Shown here: positions 56,003 through 64,000 of the stretch, one piece after another
Position numbering within the stretch: position 1 is the first letter of the stretch
Layout: each line of letters opens with the position of its first letter
From: an uncultured Planctomycetaceae bacterium
GTDB lineage: Bacteria; Planctomycetota; Phycisphaerae; Sedimentisphaerales; UBA12454
Length of the DNA: 64,000 bases
NCBI GenBank assembly: GCA_964619675.1
Contig: CAZUEO010000004.1
Location: forward strand, 43,411-107,410
Reading direction: 5' to 3'
Made by a program: the position numbers and the translations under genes
The notes under the pieces: model-generated
Database searches by the model: none
Told to the model about the DNA's origin: nothing
What the model saw: the letters and a program-made list of their open reading frames with translations, nothing else

Positions 56003-58135
56003 ATGTCAGCAGAAAAAACAATCCTAATTTCATCACTAATTATCATCATAGCGAGCATTGCAGCCAAGGCAAATACCGTGATTTATGTGGATGCAAATGC
56101 TAATGGCCTGAATGATGGAACATCCTGGCAAAATGCCTATAATTTTCTGCAGGACGCTCTATCCGATGCTAATACGTCAAGCAAACCGATAGAAATATGG
56201 GTGACTGCTGGGACGTATAAGCCGGATTGTAACTGGGCCGAGCCCAACGGCACAGGCGAGCGGGAAGCGACATTTAGCCTGCTCAACAATGTCGCAATTT
56301 ACGGCGGATTTCCATCAGGCGGAGGGCCGTGGGAGTCTCGAAACCCCAACGACCCGAATAACGAAACCATTCTCAGCGGCGACCTTCTGGGAAATGACAG
56401 CCAGGGCATTGACCCATGCGATTTACAAAACGACTCGAATCGTGCTGAAAATAGTTATCATGTAGCAACAAGTAGAGGAACTGATGGAACGGCCATTATA
56501 GATGGCTTTGCCATCACAGGCGGCAATGCCAATGGTGATTGTGAATACCAGCCTTGCTACGGCGGTGGTATGTTCAACGAATCCAACAGTAGTCCGTCTG
56601 TAACCAATTGCACTTTTATCAGAAACTCGGCTAGTGTCGGCGGCGGCATGTGCAACGAATCTAATAGTAGCCCGTCTATAACCAATTGCACTTTTATCAG
56701 AAACTTGGCTGGTCGCGGCGGCGGCATGTGCAACGAATCTAATAGTAGCCCGATAGTAATCAATTGCACATTCAGTGAAAACTCAGTACTTAATGAGAGT
56801 GCTTGCGGTGGTGGAATGTACAATCATGACCGGTCCAGCCCAAAGATTATCAATTGTATATTCAGTAAAAACTTTGCATCTTATATGGGTGGCGGGATGT
56901 GCAACTATGATAATAGCAGCCCGATGGTGACAAAGTGCACATTCGTAGAAAACTGGGCATGGGCATACTCGGGCGGTGGAATACACAACTTTCATTATAG
57001 TTACCTGACAGTAGCAAATTGTACGTTCACTGGAAACAAGGCATACGGTAATTTAGATTTTGCTACTTCCGGTGGTGCAATAGAGAACGGTTGTTATAGC
57101 AACATCACAATAACCAATTGCATATTCAACAAAAACTCCGCCGGTCACGGCGGTGCGATATGCAATCCCATCCCACTCGACGGTAACGTAGCAATAACAA
57201 ATTGTGTATTCAGCGGAAATTTTGCTCACGGTGGTTTCGCCAGCGGCAGCCGCGGCGGAGCGATTTACAATTCTGGAAATGCAGCGATTGATAATTGCAC
57301 ATTCACTGGAAATTCGGCATTTTTCTACGAGGATGCTTATTGCTCCGGGAACGCTTGCTATGCTTATGGCGGTGGGATATATAACGATGGTGGTGTAGCG
57401 GTTGACAACTGCACTTTCAGCGGAAACTTGGCAGAAGACGGATATGGTGGCGGAATACATAACAACAGCATTGGAATGATTGAGATTGCCAATAGTGTCC
57501 TCTATAACAATACGGCTTCAGAGGGCAATGAGATAGCTTTGAGAGATTCTTCCACAGCAGATATCAATCACAATGACGTTAAGGGCGGTCAGGATGGAGT
57601 TTATATTGAACCCTTCTGCACATTGATTTGGGGACCGAATAATATTGATGCCGACCCGTGTTTTGTCGAGCCTGGATACTGGGACAGTAATGGTACGCCT
57701 GCCGATGCAAATGATGACTTCTGGGTTGAAGGCAACTATCGGCTGCTGTCAGACTCGCCCTGTATTGATGCAGGCGATAATAACTCTGTACCACCCGATT
57801 ATGCCGACCTCGATAAAGACGGCAACACGGCCGAGCCGACGCCGTTGGACTTGGATGGCTTTGCGCGATTTATAGATGACCTGTGTGTTGTCGATGCCGG
57901 CAATGGCACACCACCTATCGTAGATATGGGCGCTCATGAATTCCTGAGAAGCAATATTAACCACGATGGTGCAGTGGACTTTTTAGACTTGGCGGTGTTG
58001 GTTGACCAATGGCTGCAATCACCAGGTGTCCCATCTGCTGATATTGCGCCTCAGCCGCCATGTAGTGATGGTATAATAAATTTCCTTGATTTTGCAGCTC
58101 TGGCGGAATGGTGGCTTGCAGGGACTGTTTTTTAA
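56003..58135 (+). CDS. Secreted beta-helix protein with GGG(M/I).N (Pmp-like) repeats, choice-of-anchor-Q-like region and dockerin-like tail
   Basis: Signal peptide, IYVDANANG.NDGTSW..AY..LQDAL, GGGM.N...SP...NCTF..N repeats, SPCIDAG, VDMGAHEF, DGAVDFLDL...W. Confidence 0.85.
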   Translation: MSAEKTILISSLIIIIASIAAKANTVIYVDANANGLNDGTSWQNAYNFLQDALSDANTSSKPIEIWVTAGTYKPDCNWAEPNGTGEREATFSLLNNVAIYGGFPSGGGPWESRNPNDPNNETILSGDLLGNDSQGIDPCDLQNDSNRAENSYHVATSRGTDGTAIIDGFAITGGNANGDCEYQPCYGGGMFNESNSSPSVTNCTFIRNSASVGGGMCNESNSSPSITNCTFIRNLAGRGGGMCNESNSSPIVINCTFSENSVLNESACGGGMYNHDRSSPKIINCIFSKNFASYMGGGMCNYDNSSPMVTKCTFVENWAWAYSGGGIHNFHYSYLTVANCTFTGNKAYGNLDFATSGGAIENGCYSNITITNCIFNKNSAGHGGAICNPIPLDGNVAITNCVFSGNFAHGGFASGSRGGAIYNSGNAAIDNCTFTGNSAFFYEDAYCSGNACYAYGGGIYNDGGVAVDNCTFSGNLAEDGYGGGIHNNSIGMIEIANSVLYNNTASEGNEIALRDSSTADINHNDVKGGQDGVYIEPFCTLIWGPNNIDADPCFVEPGYWDSNGTPADANDDFWVEGNYRLLSDSPCIDAGDNNSVPPDYADLDKDGNTAEPTPLDLDGFARFIDDLCVVDAGNGTPPIVDMGAHEFLRSNINHDGAVDFLDLAVLVDQWLQSPGVPSADIAPQPPCSDGIINFLDFAALAEWWLAGTVF
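56561..56790 (+). repeat. Three intragenic 78-bp tandem repeats
   Basis: Units start at 56561, 56639 and 56717 (ggcgg[ct]gg[ct]atgt[tg]caacgaatc[ct]aa[ct]agtag...). Confidence 0.85.
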
Positions 58136-58160
58136 GTTCGTAAAGATTTCATCTCAAATT

Positions 58161-58188
58161 AAAGGGCTGCTTTGATAGCAGCCCTTTT
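58161..58188 (+). terminator. Intrinsic terminator
   Basis: aaagggctgct-ttgat-agcagcccttt-t. Confidence 0.75.
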
Positions 58189-58289
58189 CCTTTGTTCTCG
58201 GTCACCCTGCCGGGGCGTTAAATTTATCCTTGCCCGGCGTCTGTTTTGTGCGTATACTGTTTGCAAATAGTTATCAGGGGCCCCCGGAA

Positions 58290-58778
58290 ATGGCAAATCT
58301 TGATGGTGATGTAGAAGAAATTTTGTATTATGCCGTCGGCAGAGAGATAGAGGCTAACGTCTTTTATAATCTGCTTTCTCAGTATGTCGATGATGTGCAG
58401 ATTCGTGACATCTGCAATGAGTTTGCCGCAGACGAGCTCCAGCACAAGGCCCGTCTGGAACTTGAGATAATGAAGCTCGGCATAGTAGTCAAACCCTCTG
58501 CTACTCCCGCCAAAGGCGGCAGCATGCTTCCAAAACCTCTTGATTATATGCTGGATATGGCCAAGACTATGAAGATGAACCTGCAGGAGCTTTTACTTTT
58601 GGCGATGGAAAAGGAGAAGGCCTCTTTCCGGCTTTACGTTGATTTGCTGGCAATGGTAAAAGATGAGCAGTCTCGCCAGACGCTTATGGCCCTTGCCGAA
58701 GAGGAGGCTCGTCATAAAATGAGGTTTGAGATTGAATACGACAGGCTCCTGGCCAGCCGTCAGCCGCCGCCGGCGTAA
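58290..58778 (+). CDS. Rubrerythrin/ferritin-like diiron protein (start moved to ATG 58290)
   Basis: AVGREIEANVFY, ADELQHKARL, AMEKEKASFRLY, EEEARHK. Confidence 0.85.
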   Translation: MANLDGDVEEILYYAVGREIEANVFYNLLSQYVDDVQIRDICNEFAADELQHKARLELEIMKLGIVVKPSATPAKGGSMLPKPLDYMLDMAKTMKMNLQELLLLAMEKEKASFRLYVDLLAMVKDEQSRQTLMALAEEEARHKMRFEIEYDRLLASRQPPPA

Positions 58779-58788
58779 ATATGCGTTC

Positions 58789-59502
58789 TCAACTTCGCAG
58801 GTCGATTACACGCGCGTTTTCTACATTATTTCTTATTACAAATTCTGCCAGATTCACCCACAATTTTGCCTTGTCCAGCACGTCCCCATCGCTTGTAGCG
58901 ACGATTTGCTCTGACTGGATAAGCTCGGCATCGGGGTTATTGAGCAGTTTTACATCTATAGGGAAATTTGTCTTTATGGATTCTATTATACCCTTGAGTC
59001 TTCCGCTGTTTGATACAGGCTTGTCTAACAGCCACCCTGCGTTTTTTACGTTCAGTTCAGCCAGTGCCTTGTTAATCAGTTCTATCGCAGGAATTGTTTC
59101 ATTAACCTTTCTATATGTCCCGTGCAGGCCTGCAAGGTCTCGCAGGCAGCCGTCTCTGCCGATAAAGAGGAATCCCGAGCTTATTGCCGACTCGATGGTT
59201 ATCAGGACGTTATACCCGTCGATAAGGATATCCCTGCCGGCAAGCTGGGCCGACTGCAGTTGTCGAATCAGCCGGCCTGCAAGCCGGGCATCCGAGCAGC
59301 TGCTTCGCATAACTGCAAGTCTTTGTCGTTCGGTAAGTTCGAACTTGTCGCCGACCAATTTCAGAGCGGCGTTTTGAGGGTATCCTTTTGTCAAAAGCAG
59401 CGAGTAATCTGCTGCTGCTTGCCGCAGAGCAGGTATATTTTCCCGGCAGAACAGGCTGCCGTCCTGCGGATGAGCGCCTCGGTGTTTTCTTTTGTCCGGC
59501 AT
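58789..59502 (-). CDS. DUF434-domain protein (PIN-like C-terminal region)
   Basis: SLLLTKGYP..AALKLVGDKFELTERQRLAVMRS, IDGYNVLIT, RDLAGLHGTY, VATSDG. Confidence 0.8.
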   Translation of the reverse strand: MPDKRKHRGAHPQDGSLFCRENIPALRQAAADYSLLLTKGYPQNAALKLVGDKFELTERQRLAVMRSSCSDARLAGRLIRQLQSAQLAGRDILIDGYNVLITIESAISSGFLFIGRDGCLRDLAGLHGTYRKVNETIPAIELINKALAELNVKNAGWLLDKPVSNSGRLKGIIESIKTNFPIDVKLLNNPDAELIQSEQIVATSDGDVLDKAKLWVNLAEFVIRNNVENARVIDLRS

Positions 59503-59548
59503 AATTTAATATTATACTCTTTTTATTATTGATATTGAACAAAATCGT

Positions 59549-61003
59549 TTGTTAGAATACGCCCCTATGACATTAGAACAGTTATTGAAACTTATGGATA
59601 GGCCCTTGCTCCAGCGGCCGCGTGTATGCAGCGACTCCCGCAAGCTTCGCCAGGGTGATATCTTTGTTGCGATAAAAGGCACGCGAATAGACGGCCATGA
59701 CTTTATCGGCCAGGCTGCTGTATCTGGCGCAAGATACGTTGTTACTCAAAAGCCTGTTACCGTTGCCTCAGCCGAGGTCATACAGGTTGACGATACAGCC
59801 GAGGCCTTAGGCCTGCTTTCGCAGGCATATTTTGACCAGCCCAACAGCAAACTTATCAACCTCGCCGCTACCGGCACAAACGGCAAGACAACAACGACAT
59901 ATCTGACTCGCTCGGTAATTACCAATACTGGCAAAAAATGCGGTCTGATTGGCACTGTGGTGATTGACTTTGGCAGCGGCGCAGACAATATTGAAGCCTC
60001 AATGACGACTCCGGACGCCTTTGAGCTTGCCTGTCTTTCCGGCGATGTGATACAGGCAGGCTCGGAGTATCTCGTTGTGGAGGCCAGCAGTCATGCGATT
60101 GAGCAGAACCGTCTTGCGGGAATAAATTTCAAGGCCGCCGCCTTTACGAACTTTACGGGCGACCATCTCGATTATCACAAGACGATGGAGGCGTACCTGG
60201 CAGCCAAGCTGAAACTTTTTGAAAAGCTCCTCCCTGATGCGACGGCAGTAATAAACATTGACGACCCCGTTTGGGAAAGAGTTGCTGCTGCAACAAAAGC
60301 CAATAAGCTCTTTTACTCGTTAGACAGAGAGACTGATTTAACCGCTGACATAATTTCAATGGATATTACGGGAACGGTATTTGATTTGAACTTCCAGGGC
60401 CGGAAGGTGCGGATAAAAACGCCTCTTATCGGCAGGCACAATATAAGCAATCATCTTGCCGCGGCAGGCCTGGCGATTGGCGCCGGCCTTGACCTTAAGA
60501 CTATCGCCGAGGGTTTGAGCAGGTTCAATGTAGTGCCCGGCAGGCTTCAAAAAGTGCCTTTTTCAGGCGATTTTACCGTTCTTGTGGATTATGCCCATAC
60601 CGATGATGCGTTAAAGAACGTCCTTGCGACCTTAAAGCCGCTTTGTGAAGGTCGTTTAGCGGTAGTTTTCGGCTGTGGCGGCGACAGGGACAAAACCAAA
60701 CGCTCACGAATGGCGCAGGTTGCCGAGCAGTTCGCCGACGATATTTTTGTTACGAGCGATAATCCGAGGACTGAGAGACCTGCGGCGATAGTAGAGGATA
60801 TTCTCCAGGGCTTTTCAAATCTTTCTGCCGGGCATATTAATGTTCAGCCCGACAGGAAGCTGGCGATTGAGGCGGCAGTCAAAAACGCGAAATCCGGCGA
60901 TATTGTTCTTATCGCAGGCAAAGGACACGAAAATTATCAGATTATCGGCACCGAAAAAACTCACTTCAGCGATGCTGAAACTGCCGCAGAATTTCTGCAG
61001 TGA
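59549..61003 (+). CDS. murE: UDP-MurNAc-tripeptide synthetase, meso-DAP type (alternative start ATG 59567)
   Basis: ATGTNGKTT, TTPD, EASSHA, DHLDYH, VDYAHT, FGCGGDRD, TSDNPR, IAGKGHE. Confidence 0.96.
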   Translation: MLEYAPMTLEQLLKLMDRPLLQRPRVCSDSRKLRQGDIFVAIKGTRIDGHDFIGQAAVSGARYVVTQKPVTVASAEVIQVDDTAEALGLLSQAYFDQPNSKLINLAATGTNGKTTTTYLTRSVITNTGKKCGLIGTVVIDFGSGADNIEASMTTPDAFELACLSGDVIQAGSEYLVVEASSHAIEQNRLAGINFKAAAFTNFTGDHLDYHKTMEAYLAAKLKLFEKLLPDATAVINIDDPVWERVAAATKANKLFYSLDRETDLTADIISMDITGTVFDLNFQGRKVRIKTPLIGRHNISNHLAAAGLAIGAGLDLKTIAEGLSRFNVVPGRLQKVPFSGDFTVLVDYAHTDDALKNVLATLKPLCEGRLAVVFGCGGDRDKTKRSRMAQVAEQFADDIFVTSDNPRTERPAAIVEDILQGFSNLSAGHINVQPDRKLAIEAAVKNAKSGDIVLIAGKGHENYQIIGTEKTHFSDAETAAEFLQ

Positions 61004-62370
61004 AACCTCTAAATATAAAAAAACTCGCTGAGATTATAAATGCTGAGGTTGCGCCCGGCATTTCAGAAACGGCAGCTGGCGTGGGCATTGACTCACGCAC
61101 AATCCGCCGCGGCGGCGTATTTTTTGCAGTCAGGGGGGCAAATCACGATGGCCGCGATTTTGTCGGCCAGGCCTTTGAAAACGGCGCAGCCTGCGCAGTT
61201 GTGCAGAAGAAAATTACCGTTGCTGCTGACAAGCCTATCCTGCTTGTTGATGATACGATTAAGGCCCTCGGCCAGCTTGCAAAGTATGTGCGAAGTATCT
61301 CGGCCTGCAAGGTTATCGCAGTTACCGGCTCTGTGGGCAAAACTACGACAAAAAATATGCTTCATCATATCTTAAGCGGCAGATTCAAATCCTTTGCCGC
61401 TCCGAAAAGCTACAACAACAATATCGGTGTGCCTTTGACTGTTTTTGATGCCCCTGACGATTGTGAATTTATTATAGCGGAGCTCGGCAGCAATCATCCC
61501 GGCGAGATTGAATATCTTTCTCGTATAATCCAGCCTGATATTGCAATCATAACGACAATATGTCCTGCGCATCTCGAAGGCCTTGGCTCGATTGAGGGCA
61601 TAATAAAGGAAAAGGTTTCCATCGCAGCCGGTTTAAGGCAGGGCGGGAATTTTTTTATCAATGGCGACAAAAAAGAGCTTGTCGATTATTGTAAAAACCG
61701 CCGCCTGGATTTCGTCACTTTTGGCACGATGGCAGATTGTGATGTGCATCTGAAGAATATTGACTTTTTGGGCGGCAGGAGCAGGTTTATGATTGATGAT
61801 ATTGTGGTGGAACTGCCGCTTGCAGGCAGAGCCAATATTGAAAACGCGGCAGCCGTCTGGGCAGTTTGCAGGCATCTTGGCATTTCGGCGTTGCAGTTTG
61901 CCCATTCGATTGCCTGTGTAAAGCCTGTCGGTATGCGGCTGGAGATTATGGAATTTGGTTCGGTAACGATTATTGATGACTGTTATAATGCCAATCCCGC
62001 CTCAATGGAAAATGCCCTTCAGACTCTTTTGCTGCTGGCACAGCAGAAGGGCAAAAGGCCTGTTTTTATCTTCGGAAAAATGAGCGAGCTTGGCGCTGAA
62101 AGCGGGAAACTGCACGCCGAGCTGGGCCGAAGAATCGCTCATTACAAAATCCCGCTTGTCCTGACGACCAAAGGCGACAGCGCCGTAGCTGCACAAGCGG
62201 CAGAAAAAAACGCTGATTTTAATATCCGTGTCGAGATTTTTGACGATGTTGCGCAGCTTGCCGATAATCTGCACAAATTTGTTCAGCCTGACGATATAGT
62301 ATTGGTCAAGGCTTCCCGCAGTGAAAGATTTGAGATAGTTGTGGATAAATTGAAAGGACTTTTTACTTGA
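61000..62370 (+). CDS. murF: UDP-MurNAc-pentapeptide synthetase
   Basis: VTGSVGKTTTK, YNNNIGVP, ELGSNHPGEI, HLEGLGS, DDCYNANP, VKASRS. Confidence 0.96.
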   Translation: MKPLNIKKLAEIINAEVAPGISETAAGVGIDSRTIRRGGVFFAVRGANHDGRDFVGQAFENGAACAVVQKKITVAADKPILLVDDTIKALGQLAKYVRSISACKVIAVTGSVGKTTTKNMLHHILSGRFKSFAAPKSYNNNIGVPLTVFDAPDDCEFIIAELGSNHPGEIEYLSRIIQPDIAIITTICPAHLEGLGSIEGIIKEKVSIAAGLRQGGNFFINGDKKELVDYCKNRRLDFVTFGTMADCDVHLKNIDFLGGRSRFMIDDIVVELPLAGRANIENAAAVWAVCRHLGISALQFAHSIACVKPVGMRLEIMEFGSVTIIDDCYNANPASMENALQTLLLLAQQKGKRPVFIFGKMSELGAESGKLHAELGRRIAHYKIPLVLTTKGDSAVAAQAAEKNADFNIRVEIFDDVAQLADNLHKFVQPDDIVLVKASRSERFEIVVDKLKGLFT

Positions 62371-62385
62371 ACAGGTTGCGTAGAA

Positions 62386-62462
62386 CGGTTACGGTTGCGC
62401 AGCTCGTATCGGTTACGTTAAACGTTCGACGTTAGACGAAACGAGCATCGTAACCGCAACCG
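62386..62462. repeat. Long imperfect palindrome (GGTTGCGG..GCTCGTTTCG family); single-arm copy at 8979-9004
   Basis: 26-bp arms 62386-62411 and 62437-62462 with 5 mismatches. The reverse complement of the right arm matches 8979-9004 at 23/26. Confidence 0.75.
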
Positions 62463-62477
62463 AATTACGATTTTATT

Positions 62478-63617
62478 ATGATTTATCATCTTTTTTCATT
62501 TTTGCAGGATTTTGTAACGCGCTCGCTGGGCTTTTACGCCTGGCAGGAGGTGATGTTTCGCTGCATAATGGCGGCGCTGACAAGTCTTTTTGTGGCCTGG
62601 CTTTCCGGCCCGGCGATAATTCGCTGGCTGATGCGCAAAAAGATCGGCGACCGGCCGGAGTTTCATCATGAAACGCTAAATGAGCTTAACAGGGAAAAGG
62701 CCAACACGCCGACGATGGGTGGTCTGATAATTCTTGCTGCCGTGCTGGCCGGCACTCTGCTTTGGGCCAGGCTGGACAACCCGTTTATCCAGAAAGCGAT
62801 TGTTTTGATGTTGTGGTTTGGTGGAATAGGAGCGGTGGATGACTGGCTCAAGCTCACAAGTACCATTCGCCGTCGCAGCCGCAACGGCTTAAAGCCGTGG
62901 GAGAAACTTGTCTTTCAGTTTGGCGGTGCGGTGCTCATCGCGACATTTTTGTATTTTGATGTTAAGAATGTGCCGGACGCGACTCGGTTCTGGCTCCCAT
63001 TCTATAAATATGGCATACCAATCACCGGCTGGCTGTTTGTATTGATTGCCATACTTTATATTTCAGCCACGAGCAACGCCGTCAACCTGACTGACGGTAT
63101 GGACGGCCTGGCGGCAGGCTGCGTGGCGATTGCGAGTATGACGCTGGCCATTCTTTGTTATGTCGCTTCCGAATCAATGACAAGGACCTCGACGATGACC
63201 TGGGCAGGCTATCTTCTTTTGCCGCACATACCGCAGTCGGGCGAGCTTAGTATATTTTTCTCATCTATCCTCGGTGCTTCGCTGGGCTTTTTATGGTTCA
63301 ACTGCCATCCCGCGCAGACTTTTATGGGCGATGTCGGTTCATTACCTCTTGGCGCAGCAATGGGTTATGGCGCATTGGTTACGAGGAATGAAATCGTGCT
63401 TTTCATAATCGGCGGCGTATTTATGGTTGAGCTTTTTAGTGTGGTTTTGCAGATAGGATATTTCAAATACACCGGCGGCAAGCGGCTTTTCAGATGCGCG
63501 CCGATTCATCATCATTTTCATCTTGCAGGCTGGTCTGAGCCGCAGGTTGTAGTGCGTTTCTGGCTTTTGGCCACTGCGTTTGCGGCATTGGCACTTGCGA
63601 CTATTAAAATCCGCTGA
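62478..63617 (+). CDS. mraY: Phospho-MurNAc-pentapeptide transferase
   Basis: KANTPTMGG, VDDWLK, NAVNLTDGMDGLA, FNCHPAQTFMGDVGSL, APIHHHF. Confidence 0.97.
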   Translation: MIYHLFSFLQDFVTRSLGFYAWQEVMFRCIMAALTSLFVAWLSGPAIIRWLMRKKIGDRPEFHHETLNELNREKANTPTMGGLIILAAVLAGTLLWARLDNPFIQKAIVLMLWFGGIGAVDDWLKLTSTIRRRSRNGLKPWEKLVFQFGGAVLIATFLYFDVKNVPDATRFWLPFYKYGIPITGWLFVLIAILYISATSNAVNLTDGMDGLAAGCVAIASMTLAILCYVASESMTRTSTMTWAGYLLLPHIPQSGELSIFFSSILGASLGFLWFNCHPAQTFMGDVGSLPLGAAMGYGALVTRNEIVLFIIGGVFMVELFSVVLQIGYFKYTGGKRLFRCAPIHHHFHLAGWSEPQVVVRFWLLATAFAALALATIKIR

Positions 63618-63624
63618 TATTTTT

Positions 63625-63693
63625 TAGCCGCCAAGACACTAAGGCACAAAGTAATTATATATTTTTCTTAGTGTCTTTGTGCCTTTGTGGCTA
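63625..63693. repeat. Palindromic CAC(N)AAG-unit element between convergent mraY and eno; single-arm copy at 21645-21671
   Basis: TAGCCGCCAAGACACTAAGGCACAAAG ... CTTAGTGTCTTTGTGCCTTTGTGGCTA. Confidence 0.75.
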
Positions 63694-63696
63694 TTT

Positions 63697-64000
<304 letters not shown>

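Overview
Bacterial chromosomal window. By inference it comes from Planctomycetota, class Phycisphaerae (Sedimentisphaerales-like): secreted proteins carry dockerin-like tails, there is a PEP-CTERM protein, and murE-murF-mraY lie outside a full dcw cluster. Housekeeping genes (ribF, nrnA, gyrA, holA, lipid A acyltransferase, argH, thiL, tsaE, rpsO, pnp, lysC-apgM-hom, RluA, DegP, DegT, murE/murF/mraY, eno) are interleaved with large AT-richer genes for secreted modular proteins. A ~17 kb type IV pilus/T2SS-like cluster (25830-42738) has two tandem major pilins and an embedded signalling cassette (histidine kinase, receiver, HD-GYP, STAS). No rRNA, tRNA, CRISPR array, transposase or prophage was seen. 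The most unusual signals are: (1) several families of small palindromic and 7-bp-periodic intergenic elements, one inserted in frame in a prepilin leader where it supplies the G|F peptidase site, and several overlapping stop codons; (2) a free-standing HNH-AP2 nuclease gene bracketed by copies of these palindromes; (3) strong enrichment of a (D/E)-(P/A/S)-N tripeptide in exported proteins; (4) mosaic tandem pilins and a PilB with a non-canonical Walker A. All counts are manual and no database search was run.
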